Shown piece by piece: positions 45,894-56,595 of a stretch of DNA of 64,000 nucleotides. The position numbers and the translations under genes are program-made. Position 1 is the stretch's first letter. Each line of letters begins with the position of its first letter. Source of the DNA: Spirochaetia bacterium (GTDB taxonomy: Bacteria; Spirochaetota; Spirochaetia; UBA9216); NCBI GenBank assembly GCA_963675665.1, contig OY776510.1, positions 672,001 through 736,000 on the forward strand, given 5' to 3'. The notes below the pieces were generated by a model. It did not search any database. It saw only the letters and a list, made by a program, of their open reading frames with translations, and was not told the origin of the DNA.

Positions 45894-47588
45894 ATGACCA
45901 AAAGATATTATATTTTGATCGCATTCATTCTCAGTCTTGTTTCACTGGTTTTGAATCCTGCCGAGAGGGGCCGGGGCATGCTTCTGGCGGCCCGGATATC
46001 GGACATTCTGATTCTGCTGCTTCTGGGAGGACAGTTGATTTCGGGCTTCAGGGCAGCCCAGTACAGGCGGCAGTGGGTTATCAGAAATATTACGCTCACA
46101 GCGGCAACACTGCTGTATGCCGGGGTGCTTGCATTTCTTTTATCCTCGGATATTTCTTCCGAACGGCACCTGTATCTTAACCTGATCGTCTATATAGCCC
46201 GAAGCTTTTACCTGCTTTACCGAAGTTTTGAAAACGTTAAATCACTTGAGGACGCTCTCAGAAAATTCAATGAAAGACCGGCTCGCTCCATAATCCTTAC
46301 ATTTCTTGCAATCGCAAGCGCCGGAACTCTTCTTCTTATGCTTCCGTTCACTACCGCAGACGGAAAGGGACTAGCGTTTATTGACTCGCTGTTCACGTCA
46401 ACCTCGGCCGTATGCGTTACCGGGTTGATTGTTGTGGACACAGCAACGGTTTTCAGTACAGCGGGAAAGGTTATTATTCTGGCGCTTGTACAGACCGGCG
46501 GTCTGGGAATAATGATTGTCACCTATTTCTCGATGTTTTTTCTCAGGCGGCGCATCACAATCGAAGAAAAAAAGCGGCTGTCGTTCGTAATCAGCGACAA
46601 TGATATGACCGGAATCGTCAGCATGCTGAAAAAAATTATCTACCTGACTTTTATCATAGAGGGAACAGGAGCCGTTCTTCTTTTTACAGGTTTCGGCAGG
46701 CATTACGGGTATTCTCTGCAGACCGTTTTTCTCTCGGTATTTCATTCCGTTTCCGCATTCTGCAACGCAGGCTTTTCTCTTTTTTCAGACAGTCTTGAAG
46801 GTTTTATCGACAAGCCGTTGATTATTTTTACGGTCAGTATCCTGATTATCCTCGGCGGACTCAGTTTTGCGGTCATTTTCAATATTAAAGATGTTCTGGA
46901 TCCGCGATCCGGAACATTTAAATTAAGTCTGAATACAAAAGTAGTTCTAAGCTGGACAGCCGTGCTGCTTGCCGGAGGTTTTATTTTTTTCTATTCCGCG
47001 GAACATTCAAACTGTCTCAGAAGCAGCAGTACTCCCGTTCAGTACCTGTCGGCCTTTTTTCAATCGGTTACCCTGCGCACCGCCGGGTTCAATTCCGTAC
47101 CCTTTTCCGCACTGCAAAACGGAACATTAACGGTAATGTGTCTTTTCATGTTTGTCGGAGCAGCCTCAGGAAGCACTGCGGGGGGAATAAAGATAAATAC
47201 ACTTGCCGTGATTACCGCATATCTGAAAAGCATGGTAACCAATTCGCCGAAGGTAACAATCCTTCATTACCAGCTGTCAAAAACGAGAATTCTCAGGGCT
47301 TTCACCGTTTTCACGTACGGCATCACGGCAGTTTTAACCGGCATTGCCGCGCTTGCCCTTACACATACCGAGCCTCTTGTTAACATCCTTTTTGAGGCTG
47401 TTTCGGCATTCGGCACCGTCGGCCTGTCGACGGGTTTCACTTCACGGTTGAACAGCTTTGGAAAGCTCGTCATAATATGTCTTATGTTTAACGGAAGACT
47501 CGGACCGCTGACGATACTTTCCACCTTCTCCGGCAAACGGGAAAAATCAGGCGTTGAATACCCGCAGGGTGATATTTTGATAGGATGA
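45894..47588 (+). CDS. Trk/Ktr potassium uptake membrane subunit (KtrB/TrkH) with N-terminal TM extension
   Basis: TSAVCVTGL, SAFCNAGF, LRTAGF, STAGGIK, SAFGTVGLS. Confidence 0.93.
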   Translation: MTKRYYILIAFILSLVSLVLNPAERGRGMLLAARISDILILLLLGGQLISGFRAAQYRRQWVIRNITLTAATLLYAGVLAFLLSSDISSERHLYLNLIVYIARSFYLLYRSFENVKSLEDALRKFNERPARSIILTFLAIASAGTLLLMLPFTTADGKGLAFIDSLFTSTSAVCVTGLIVVDTATVFSTAGKVIILALVQTGGLGIMIVTYFSMFFLRRRITIEEKKRLSFVISDNDMTGIVSMLKKIIYLTFIIEGTGAVLLFTGFGRHYGYSLQTVFLSVFHSVSAFCNAGFSLFSDSLEGFIDKPLIIFTVSILIILGGLSFAVIFNIKDVLDPRSGTFKLSLNTKVVLSWTAVLLAGGFIFFYSAEHSNCLRSSSTPVQYLSAFFQSVTLRTAGFNSVPFSALQNGTLTVMCLFMFVGAASGSTAGGIKINTLAVITAYLKSMVTNSPKVTILHYQLSKTRILRAFTVFTYGITAVLTGIAALALTHTEPLVNILFEAVSAFGTVGLSTGFTSRLNSFGKLVIICLMFNGRLGPLTILSTFSGKREKSGVEYPQGDILIG

Positions 47589-48283
47589 GGACAATGAATG
47601 AAAATATTTTTCTGGTAATCGGACTCGGCTCATTCGGCATGCAGACATGCGAGGAACTTGCCGCAAAAGGCGCAAGAGTAATCGCTGTAGACAACAGGCC
47701 TGAATTGATTGAAAAAATAAAAGACACTGTCACACAGGCATTTCTGCTTGATTCAACCGACGAACTTCATCTTTCAAATCTTCCGATAGAAGATGTTGAT
47801 ATGGCTATAATTGCAATAGGCGACAATATTGAAGCAAATATCCTTACTACCGCGCTGTTAAAACAGGCCGGAGTTCCGTACATCATTGCCCGCGCGTCTA
47901 CCGAGCTTCACCACAGGGTGCTGAAACAGGTTGGAGCCAACGAAATTCTTGATATAGAAAAGACTGCCGGAAAACAATTGGCGGAAAAGATTATATCTCC
48001 CGATATTCTCGACAGTGTCCCGATTACCATGGAAATAAGCATAGCCGAGGTATACCTTCCGGAGTCATTCGCCGGGCAGAATCTTGCCGATATTGATTTG
48101 CCCGGAAAAATGAGCCTGACTGTCAGCGCAGTAAAAAGGGCCAGAATTTCAATTGACGAAGAAGGTTCTCCCGTATCAAATGAACAGGTTGTGTTCCCTT
48201 CGTCAGAGACAGTGCTGGAACACGGAGATATTTTAATTGTAATTGGCCGTAATGACGATATAGAACGTCTGAAAGGAATCTGA
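47585..48283 (+). CDS. Trk/Ktr NAD-binding regulatory subunit (KtrA/TrkA)
   Basis: VIGLGSFG, IAVD, AIGDNIE, TrkA_C tail. Confidence 0.92.
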   Translation: MRTMNENIFLVIGLGSFGMQTCEELAAKGARVIAVDNRPELIEKIKDTVTQAFLLDSTDELHLSNLPIEDVDMAIIAIGDNIEANILTTALLKQAGVPYIIARASTELHHRVLKQVGANEILDIEKTAGKQLAEKIISPDILDSVPITMEISIAEVYLPESFAGQNLADIDLPGKMSLTVSAVKRARISIDEEGSPVSNEQVVFPSSETVLEHGDILIVIGRNDDIERLKGI

Positions 48284-48285
48284 AT

Positions 48286-48981
48286 ATGCTTCTAATCAGA
48301 AAAAGAATTATTATCATTCTGATGCTGATAACCACCGTTTCGATCATCCTGATTGCAGCAATGTCATACAACCGAATAATCGGCGCATATACTCAAAGCC
48401 CTGAAGATCTGAAATTTGAAGCTGAGCAATTTTTATTTATTAGTCTGCTTGTTGCCGCGGCAGTTCTCGGCTTTTTTACAGTCCTTCTGTATAAAAGCAG
48501 AAATATAAACGCGGAAATTGATAAACTGATAAAACAGGATAAACTTAACCCGGCCTCAACCGAAGCCGGTCTTCTGAAACTGGGAAAAACAGGAATAAAA
48601 CTTAACACTCTGTATAGACAAATAAACGAAATAAGCGATATGCGCGGACTTAAACTTGGCGCCGTTTCAAATGTCGCTGAATTTCTTTCGCTGAATATAC
48701 CGCAGCCTCTGCTGATAATTGATCTGAAAGGAACTGTCATTCAGGCAAGCAGCGGATATCTCAGGGAAAAGAATGTTCAGCGGTCCTCCGTTGTCGGCCG
48801 CAACATAAGCTCGCTTCTGAAAAGCATTAATATGAAAGCGGTCCTTTCCGTTCTGGAAAAAAACCATCTGCCGGCGGAAATTGATTTAAACGGAACCGGC
48901 TACCGCTGGAGTCCTCTTCACAACACAAACAACGAAATCAGCTATATAGCCGTTATTCAGATTTCTCAACCCTCGAACTGA
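48286..48981 (+). CDS. Membrane protein, 2 TM plus C-terminal PAS-like region
   Basis: Two hydrophobic segments; PLLIIDLKGTVIQAS..VVGRNI resembles PAS; follows the ktr genes. Confidence 0.6.
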   Translation: MLLIRKRIIIILMLITTVSIILIAAMSYNRIIGAYTQSPEDLKFEAEQFLFISLLVAAAVLGFFTVLLYKSRNINAEIDKLIKQDKLNPASTEAGLLKLGKTGIKLNTLYRQINEISDMRGLKLGAVSNVAEFLSLNIPQPLLIIDLKGTVIQASSGYLREKNVQRSSVVGRNISSLLKSINMKAVLSVLEKNHLPAEIDLNGTGYRWSPLHNTNNEISYIAVIQISQPSN

Positions 48982-50747
48982 AGGGTATAAAGGCTGCTGT
49001 AAAAGCCGTCCGCCGCCATCAGCTCTTCATGGGTGCCGCGCTCAATAATCCGGCCGGATCCCAGTACAAGAATTTTGTCCGCATCACGTATTGTAGACAA
49101 TCGGTGCGCTATTACAATTGCAGTACGGTCCTGCAGAAGATTTTTCAGACCGGCCTGAATGAGCTTCTCGGTTTCGGTATCAATACTTGCGGTGGCCTCG
49201 TCAAGAATCAGTACCGGAGGATCATGCGCTATCACGCGCGCAAACGCAATCAGCTGACGCTGCCCGCCCGACAGGTTCGCACCGCCCTCGGCAAGTATGT
49301 AATCAAGCCCCTTTTCGCCAGTGCCGGCAACCTTGTCCAGTACCGGCTTCAGCATTGCGGTTTCGGCGGCAGCAAGCAATTCGCTGTCGGTAAAATCACG
49401 CCCGAGGGCGATATTATCGCGGATTGTGCCCGAGAAAAGGAAAACATCCTGCTGTACAGCCTGTACTGTACGCCTGAGTTCCGCCAGAGGCAGCCGCCTT
49501 ACATCCCGTCCGTCAATCCGGATACAGCCGCTGTCGGCATCCCAGAAACGGGCGGCCAGATTGGCTACCGTTGTTTTTCCTGAACCTGTATAACCGACGA
49601 TGGCGACAGTTTCACCCCTTTTTACAGTGAGGTTTACCCCTTTCAAAACAGGTTCGCCTTCCTTGTATGAAAAATGTACATTCTCAAATTCGACGGCGCT
49701 CTCACTGTCGCCGCAAAATTCTCCGGATTGTTCTCCTTCAGAGGCATAATCATAAATACGTTCTTCGGTATCCAGCAGTTCAAACACACGTTCTCCGCCG
49801 GCCATCGCCGACTGCATTATAGTAAACTGCTCGGATATTTGCTGAAGCGGGCGGTAAAATTTTCTGACAAGATCAAGAAAAGCTATCAGCACGCCCAGAC
49901 TTACTGAACCGCCCGCGCTCAGCCCGGCGCCGAAATACAGAACGACCGCAAGCGAAACCGTACTGAAAAGGCTGATCAGCGGCCTGAATATTGCAAAAAC
50001 GTACATTTCCGAGTAATCGGCGGCGAGCAGGCTGTTATTCCGTTTTATAAACTGTGCGTCGGTCTGCACTTCACGGGCAAAGGCCTGAACAACCTTCATG
50101 CCCGATATCCTTTCGGACAAAAATGCATTGACTGCCGATATTTGCTCTCTGACGCGTCTGTAAGCGTTTCTGGCGCGTTTTCTGAATATAAGTGTAATTA
50201 CCAGAACCGGAGGCAGAGAAAACACCGTTAGAGCCCCCAATTTGAAATCAAGGTAAAAAAGCACGGCAATTACCCCAATCATCACAAGAAAGTTCTTTAT
50301 CAGCGTCATTATTACCGATGAAAAAAACTCGCTGATAGTTTCCACATCATTTGTTATCCGCGAAACCAGGCTGCCTATCGGTCTGCTTCCCAGAAATGCA
50401 AGCGACTGTCCGGCGGTATGTTCCAGAAGCTCAACCCGAAGATGCTTCATAATTCCCTGGCCGGCAAGCGACATCAGGTAAACCTGAACAAATGACGCGG
50501 CAAGTCCTGCAACAAGCAAAATTAGAATATACAGACAGTCGCGCATCAGTCCCGCAACCGAAGGGACATCCGAAAGCAGATGGTTGTCAATGCTGTTCTG
50601 AATTACCACCGGCACAAAAAGTTCTGACAGGATAAGAACAACCAGGGCCGCCGCCGAAACAATGACATACGTCCTGTACGGTTTCAGGTATGCAATGAGA
50701 CGCTTCATAATTACAGGGTCCCAGGTCCGGAGTATCTTATCTGCCAT
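48966..50747 (-). CDS. ABC exporter, fused permease/ATPase (MdlB-like half)
   Basis: TM domain, GYTGSGKTT, LSGGQRQL, LDEAT, IAHRLST; start ATG 50747. Confidence 0.93.
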   Translation of the reverse strand: MADKILRTWDPVIMKRLIAYLKPYRTYVIVSAAALVVLILSELFVPVVIQNSIDNHLLSDVPSVAGLMRDCLYILILLVAGLAASFVQVYLMSLAGQGIMKHLRVELLEHTAGQSLAFLGSRPIGSLVSRITNDVETISEFFSSVIMTLIKNFLVMIGVIAVLFYLDFKLGALTVFSLPPVLVITLIFRKRARNAYRRVREQISAVNAFLSERISGMKVVQAFAREVQTDAQFIKRNNSLLAADYSEMYVFAIFRPLISLFSTVSLAVVLYFGAGLSAGGSVSLGVLIAFLDLVRKFYRPLQQISEQFTIMQSAMAGGERVFELLDTEERIYDYASEGEQSGEFCGDSESAVEFENVHFSYKEGEPVLKGVNLTVKRGETVAIVGYTGSGKTTVANLAARFWDADSGCIRIDGRDVRRLPLAELRRTVQAVQQDVFLFSGTIRDNIALGRDFTDSELLAAAETAMLKPVLDKVAGTGEKGLDYILAEGGANLSGGQRQLIAFARVIAHDPPVLILDEATASIDTETEKLIQAGLKNLLQDRTAIVIAHRLSTIRDADKILVLGSGRIIERGTHEELMAADGFYSSLYTLQFEG

Positions 50748-52491
50748 CGTTTTCCACCTGCTGCAGTCTGTGAATATCCCGGTAAAGCCCGGAACGTTTA
50801 ATAAGTTCCCCGTGCGTACCGGAAGTGCTGATTGATCCGTTTTCAATAACAATCACAAAATCCGCAACCGAAAGTGTTGCCGTCCGGTTTGATATTAAAA
50901 TCGAAGTTCTGCCCTTCCTTTTCTCCAGGAACCGGCTGAGAATCCTTGATTCTGTTTCGGCATCCACTGCGGACAGACAGTCGTCAAAAATCAGAACTTC
51001 CGGATCGGTCAGGTACGCCCGGGATACGGCAATCCTCTGTTTCTGCCCCCCGCTCAGGCTGTGCCCCCTCTCGCCGACCATAGTGTCCCAGCCGAAGGGA
51101 AATTCCTTCAGATCACGGTCTATGGTTGAAAATTCTGCAGCCTCACGAATTTTATCATCATCTGCGGCATCCAGAGCAAAGCTGATATTTTCTTTTATTG
51201 TTTCAGAAAAAAGAAAACTGTCCTGCTGAACAAGACCCACTGTTTCTCTCAGATTCCTTAAATTGTAACTTCTGATATCACGACCGCCTATAAAAATGCT
51301 TTCAGGCGGCGGGTCATAAAGCCTGGGAATCAGGCTTACAAGGGTGCTTTTCCCCGAACCCGTCCTGCCGAATATTCCGACCGAGACGCCCGACGGGATT
51401 CTGAAGCTGATGCCTGAAAGCACGTTTTCGCTATCCCCTTCCCATTTGAAATTAAGATTACGGAATTCTATATCGCCTGAAGGTTTTTCAGCTGCTTTCT
51501 CATCGGAATTCTCAGGCGATCTGATGCCGGGTTCGGCATCAAGTATTTCACCAATCCGCGACAGCGACGCCGCACCGCGTTCAAGCCAGTTGATGGTAAA
51601 TCCGGCCCCCATCATCGGCCAGACAAGCAAATTCAGATAGCTTAAAATTGCCGCGAAATCACCCGGACTTAACTGCCCGTCAATTACCTGCACCCCGCCG
51701 AAACGAAGCAGCAGAAGGGTAGTTCCTCCGGCCAGAAAATTAATCAGCGGAAAGAAAAAACCCCATATACGTACCAGCGCCATGGTTCGCCTCATGTATT
51801 CTTCGTTGGATTCCGAAAATTTATCGACTGCATATTTTTCACATGAGAGCGTCTTGAAAACCCTTATTCCGGACAGGGTTTCCTGAACCAGGGCGCTTAA
51901 GGCTGAAAACCCCTCCTGGACCCGCTTTGTACGCCGGCCCAGCAAACGCCCCATTCCAAGCACCAGAAAAGTAAGAACCGGTAGCGGCAGAATTATCCAT
52001 CCTGCAATAGAAGGATAATTAAAAAACAGAATTACAAGGATAAAAGCGGCCATAAACACACCGTCGAACAGCGAAACAACCGCCATTCCGCATGCCATCC
52101 GTATAGCTCTCATATCATTTGTAAAGCGGGCCATGATGTCGCCGGTTTTCCTGGTTTCATAGTACGAAGGCTCCAGTGACAAGAGGTGTGAGAACATATT
52201 GGTTCTCAGTCCGTTTTCAATTCTGCGTGCTGTTCCGGTAATAAAATACCGCCAGCCGAAACGCCCGGCAGTAACCCCTGCAGCTGTAAGCACCATCAGC
52301 AGGCAGTAATGCAGAATTCGGGAGGTTTCCGGGCTTCCTGCAGCTATTATATCGACTGCGGATTTCGTCAGGCGGGGGACATACAACTGTCCTGCATCAG
52401 TTATTAACAGACATATAAGTCCGGGAATGTACATCGGAAGATATTTTAAAAACCAGGGAAGCAGTCTTCGGTATTCTTTCAGCATGGACAC
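50737..52491 (-). CDS. ABC exporter, fused permease/ATPase (MdlA-like half with degenerate site)
   Basis: TGDIMAR, GRTGSGKST, LSGGQKQR, FDDCLSAVD, ISNR in place of the H-loop. Confidence 0.93.
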   Translation of the reverse strand: MSMLKEYRRLLPWFLKYLPMYIPGLICLLITDAGQLYVPRLTKSAVDIIAAGSPETSRILHYCLLMVLTAAGVTAGRFGWRYFITGTARRIENGLRTNMFSHLLSLEPSYYETRKTGDIMARFTNDMRAIRMACGMAVVSLFDGVFMAAFILVILFFNYPSIAGWIILPLPVLTFLVLGMGRLLGRRTKRVQEGFSALSALVQETLSGIRVFKTLSCEKYAVDKFSESNEEYMRRTMALVRIWGFFFPLINFLAGGTTLLLLRFGGVQVIDGQLSPGDFAAILSYLNLLVWPMMGAGFTINWLERGAASLSRIGEILDAEPGIRSPENSDEKAAEKPSGDIEFRNLNFKWEGDSENVLSGISFRIPSGVSVGIFGRTGSGKSTLVSLIPRLYDPPPESIFIGGRDIRSYNLRNLRETVGLVQQDSFLFSETIKENISFALDAADDDKIREAAEFSTIDRDLKEFPFGWDTMVGERGHSLSGGQKQRIAVSRAYLTDPEVLIFDDCLSAVDAETESRILSRFLEKRKGRTSILISNRTATLSVADFVIVIENGSISTSGTHGELIKRSGLYRDIHRLQQVENDGR

Positions 52492-52592
52492 GCTATTACT
52501 TTACACTTTAACAGAAGGCTTGTCATCCGCAGGAATTACCCGTAAATAAAAACTTCTTGACGGGCGGGAACCGGCATTTTATAACTATCATC

Positions 52593-53735
52593 ATGATTAT
52601 AAAAGAAGCTGAACTTTATCATCTGAAAATTCCGTTTAAACTGAATTTCAGCCATGCGAAGGCCGATCGGTTTTTTTCGGATTCCATAATCCTGCGGCTG
52701 ACCGGGAATTCCGGCACCGGTTACGGCGAAGCCGTTATAAGGGAATATGTTTCAGGAAATACGGACGGAGAATTAACTGCCGAATTCAACAGCCTGCTTG
52801 AACCTTTCAGAACTGACGAATTGAGCGCCGACAGGGTAATATCAATACTTGAAAATACAGATCCCGATCCCTCCCGGCTGCCTTTACTCTGCGCAGTTGA
52901 GACAGCCGTTCTGGATCTTCTGTGTAACGCAGAAAAAACCGATATTTACGGCCTTCTCGGATATGCCCCGATCAGAAATGAAATAATCTACGGCGGAACG
53001 CTCCCGCTGCTCCCGGAACAGGCAGCTGAAAAACTCCTTAAAGGCTATAAACAGTTGGGGATAACCAACCTGCGCATTAAAATCAACAGAGATCCCGAAT
53101 ACAATAACGGAATTTTATCTCTGGCCCGCCGGATTATGGGTGAGACATTCGATATTAAAGTTGATGCAAATGCCGGATGGAACCTCGTTGCGGCAGAAAG
53201 AAACCTGCCTCTGCTGAGAGAATGGGGCGTTAAAATAATAGAAGAGCCCTTCGGCCGTGAAGAAATCTCCTCCGGGACGCAACAGCTTGAGAATCTCATT
53301 GATTCGGGACTTGCCGAAGGTATGGTTTTCATGGCGGATGAGTCAGCGCTGACTGCCGCGGATATTTTACAGGCGGCGGAACAGAAAACCTTCGGAATGG
53401 TGAATATCCGCCTTGCCAAAAACGGGGGCATCCTGAAGGCACTTAAACTGGCGGAAACTGCCGCAAAATGCGGGATTCGCTATATGTCGGGCTGCCATGT
53501 AGGCGAAACGGGAATTCTGTCTGCAGCAGGCAGAGCAGTTGCATCCATTATGAAGCAGCCGGAATACGTCGACGGTTCATTCGACTCGCATCTTCTCAGC
53601 GGAAATATTACTGTTGATGATCTCAGCTTCGGCGAAGGCGGAAAAGCCGGTATAATAAGAAACTCCGGAATCGGTTTTAAAATCGATCAAAATAAACTTG
53701 AAGGATTAACCTGTGAAAGAAACAGATGTTTTTAA
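52593..53735 (+). CDS. Enolase superfamily, muconate-lactonising enzyme/dipeptide epimerase-like protein
   Basis: GYGE, AVETAVLDL, VDANAGW, IEEP, MADES, NIRLAKNGG, GCHVGE. Confidence 0.82.
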   Translation: MIIKEAELYHLKIPFKLNFSHAKADRFFSDSIILRLTGNSGTGYGEAVIREYVSGNTDGELTAEFNSLLEPFRTDELSADRVISILENTDPDPSRLPLLCAVETAVLDLLCNAEKTDIYGLLGYAPIRNEIIYGGTLPLLPEQAAEKLLKGYKQLGITNLRIKINRDPEYNNGILSLARRIMGETFDIKVDANAGWNLVAAERNLPLLREWGVKIIEEPFGREEISSGTQQLENLIDSGLAEGMVFMADESALTAADILQAAEQKTFGMVNIRLAKNGGILKALKLAETAAKCGIRYMSGCHVGETGILSAAGRAVASIMKQPEYVDGSFDSHLLSGNITVDDLSFGEGGKAGIIRNSGIGFKIDQNKLEGLTCERNRCF

Positions 53736-54528
53736 AAAATGGCTTGAAAAAAACAACCCCGAACTTGAAAAGTGCAGAGGGAAAATCCTTGCAGTGACCT
53801 TTTCCGCAGGTAAGGATTCATCCGTATGTCAGTACTTTCTTAATGAAGTAAAAGAAGAATATAATTTTGAACTAAAGGCGTTTCTGTGTGCTTTCCCGCA
53901 TCACCGGTATACCGATGATATCAATACCAGGCTGCAAAAATACTGGAAGGAAAAGGGAATAGATCTGACTGTTCAGCTGCCGGATGAGCCTGATGAAATA
54001 ATGTCGGAAAGTGCAAATCCCTGCCGCCCCTGCCAGAACGTCAGAAAGAAGTCGCTTCCCGGTATTTTTTCATATATTGAAAGACCTGTTTCAGAGGTAG
54101 TCATTGTTTCAGGGCACAGCCTTTGGGATATTGCATCATACGCGCTTAATCGGCATATTGCTGAACAGCTTGCCGACGCTCCGGAAAACAGTGAGACACT
54201 GTCCGAAAAGAGGCTGTTGGAAATTTCACAGCGGTTTTACCCTTTCTTTACCATGCCTGAAGGATACTCGGTATACAGACCGCTTCTTCATCTTAATCAA
54301 CCGGAAATCCACCGGTTCTGTATTGAAAATACAATTCCAGTTATTGAGACGGAATGCCGATATTCAGGTTGGAGGCCCAAAAATAACCTGTCCGAATTCT
54401 TTGAGAAGTTTGGTTATTCCTTTAACTATGAGAAAGTTTTTAATTTTGCGAGAAGAAATCTCAATATTATACCTCTCGAACAAATTACCGAAATTGAAAG
54501 CGGAGAATACCTCGGCAATCATTTCTGA
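53713..54528 (+). CDS. PP-loop ATPase, TtcA/TilS-like
   Basis: FSAGKDS, PCRPCQNVRK, SGHSLWD, YRPL; overlaps the upstream gene. Confidence 0.75.
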   Translation: MKETDVFKKWLEKNNPELEKCRGKILAVTFSAGKDSSVCQYFLNEVKEEYNFELKAFLCAFPHHRYTDDINTRLQKYWKEKGIDLTVQLPDEPDEIMSESANPCRPCQNVRKKSLPGIFSYIERPVSEVVIVSGHSLWDIASYALNRHIAEQLADAPENSETLSEKRLLEISQRFYPFFTMPEGYSVYRPLLHLNQPEIHRFCIENTIPVIETECRYSGWRPKNNLSEFFEKFGYSFNYEKVFNFARRNLNIIPLEQITEIESGEYLGNHF

Positions 54529-54549
54529 TATGTTATTCGGGGTCTGCCT

Positions 54550-56448
54550 GTGATCTCAAATCCGATATTAACAGATACGGACAGTATTCTGTTAAAAGGC
54601 CGTACGCCTCAGTTCCAGCAGAACCTGAATGAAGTTAACTGCGTTAACAGCAAAGCAATCTACCACTACGTAAGGCGCCATAAACCGGAAAAGCTTAAGG
54701 ATCTGTTTGTTAAACTTCCCGAACCATACAACAAGATAGAGAACATCGAAGCCTTTCTTACCGATGAAAACAACTGGGTTTCCTCCGAACTCATAACCGT
54801 GCTTTTCAGAAATGTCGTCAATATTTTTAAGGACCCAAGCATCCCGTTCCATATCGGAATGGAGACGATTACAACCCGTAATATAACCATGCTCCTGAGC
54901 TTTTTCCTTACCACCTTTTCGACGCCCCGAACGGTTTTAAAACGTCTTAACCAGATAAACCAGCAGTTTAATACGACAAAAATAATTGAAACAGTTTACG
55001 TATCAAGAAAACGCACGGTTGTCAGGCTGCACTGGAAAGAAGGGAGAATCCTGGATAAAAATGTCTGTCTTTATAATCAGGGCATATACGCAGCCATTCC
55101 TACCCTTTGGGGCCTGCCGCCTCAGGAGGTTTCCGAAACAGCATGTTATTTTGACGGGGCGCCGTACTGTCAGTACAATATTACCTTCCAGAAGCGCAAA
55201 ATCGGTAATTTCTTTTTAAGAAACAACAGGAAAACGAAGAAAGCAAAACTTCTTTTGGCGCTTGAAGAAATCGAAAGCGACAAATTACTGCTTAAAAAGA
55301 AAAATACGGAAGTTATCAAACTCAATATCGAACTCAGGGAAAAGGTTGAAAGACTTAAAGCTATAAATGAGGCATCCCGCCTTCTTGTTTCAATGGTTGA
55401 TACTGACGAAATACTGAAAACTACAATGGATATCATTGTTGATGTGCTGAAATTCGACCGCGCGCTTCTGATGCTAATCGATAAGGATAACAAGTATCTT
55501 GAATATGTCCACTCAACAGGCGCGGCGCTGGAAGAAGTAGATCAAAAACTTAAACCGTACCGTATTCCGTTGTCACGTACAAGCAATATATTAATTAAAA
55601 CAACCCTGAGCGGAACACCCTGGCTGGTAAAGGATGCAGAAAAAGCCGGTTTAAACCCGAACAACCTGATAATAAAGGATTTTAAACCGAATTCAATAGC
55701 TTTCTGCCCGCTGATAACATCAAAAGGCTCAATAGGAATTCTTGCAGCCGACAGAACCGAATCCGCCAGAATGATTACTGCAAAAGAACTCGAGCATCTT
55801 TCCATTTTCGTAAACAATATGGCAGCGACACTGTATAAAGCACAGCAGGATGAAGAACTGGAAAACAGTTATTTCAATACGGTAAAGGCACTTGTCAAAG
55901 CTATAGAAGAAAAGGATCTGTATACCCGCGGTCATTCGGAACGCGTCTCAAAACTTGCAGTCAGAATGGCCGAGGTTATGGGCCTTCCGAACACCGAAAT
56001 TGAAATTATCGGTATATGCAGCCTGCTTCATGATGTCGGCAAGATCGGAATACCCGAATCGATAGTTCGCAGCCCTAAACAACTGACGGCGGCCGAATAC
56101 AAGATAATACGAACACATCCCGAGAAAGGCTGTGAAATCGTCAGTCCGATAAGAAGGCTGAACGAACATTCTTCACTGATCAGACATCACCATGAACGGT
56201 ACGACGGAAAAGGTTATCCTGACGGACTGAAGCGGGACCAGATTCCGGTCAGTTCGATGATAATCTCGGTAGCGGATACATTCGACGCAATCACATCCTC
56301 AAGAGCCTACAGAAAGGGCCTTCCCAAGGAAGAGGCAGCCAGACGGATTCAGGAATCAAGGGGAACACAGTTTTCTCCCGAGGTAATTGATATCTTTATG
56401 AAAGTTTTTAATGAAGAGATAAGTAAAGACAACAGCTTCCTTGAATAA
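54550..56448 (+). CDS. HD-GYP c-di-GMP phosphodiesterase with N-terminal V4R/HNOX-like sensor and GAF domain
   Basis: YTRGHSERV, LHDVGKIG, HHERYDGKGYPDGL, VADTFDA; GAF FDRALLML..FCPL; N-terminal VCLYNQG..E..C...G...CQY. Confidence 0.88.
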   Translation: MISNPILTDTDSILLKGRTPQFQQNLNEVNCVNSKAIYHYVRRHKPEKLKDLFVKLPEPYNKIENIEAFLTDENNWVSSELITVLFRNVVNIFKDPSIPFHIGMETITTRNITMLLSFFLTTFSTPRTVLKRLNQINQQFNTTKIIETVYVSRKRTVVRLHWKEGRILDKNVCLYNQGIYAAIPTLWGLPPQEVSETACYFDGAPYCQYNITFQKRKIGNFFLRNNRKTKKAKLLLALEEIESDKLLLKKKNTEVIKLNIELREKVERLKAINEASRLLVSMVDTDEILKTTMDIIVDVLKFDRALLMLIDKDNKYLEYVHSTGAALEEVDQKLKPYRIPLSRTSNILIKTTLSGTPWLVKDAEKAGLNPNNLIIKDFKPNSIAFCPLITSKGSIGILAADRTESARMITAKELEHLSIFVNNMAATLYKAQQDEELENSYFNTVKALVKAIEEKDLYTRGHSERVSKLAVRMAEVMGLPNTEIEIIGICSLLHDVGKIGIPESIVRSPKQLTAAEYKIIRTHPEKGCEIVSPIRRLNEHSSLIRHHHERYDGKGYPDGLKRDQIPVSSMIISVADTFDAITSSRAYRKGLPKEEAARRIQESRGTQFSPEVIDIFMKVFNEEISKDNSFLE

Positions 56449-56595
56449 ATGACTTCTTTTTCATGAACCTTTTTAATAAATAAATAAAAAAATACTTGCT
56501 CTGTTTCTTTTCTCGTGATGAAATATTCTCGGAGGGGCAGGCGAGGTCCCTCCTGCTCCTCAAAAAGGCCAACAATATTTAAGAGGAGTATTGCC

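Noticed and set aside
53713-54528. Assigning gene symbol ttcA
   Set aside because: The second CxxC and the usual GHHxDD are not conserved; only family-level similarity is supportable.
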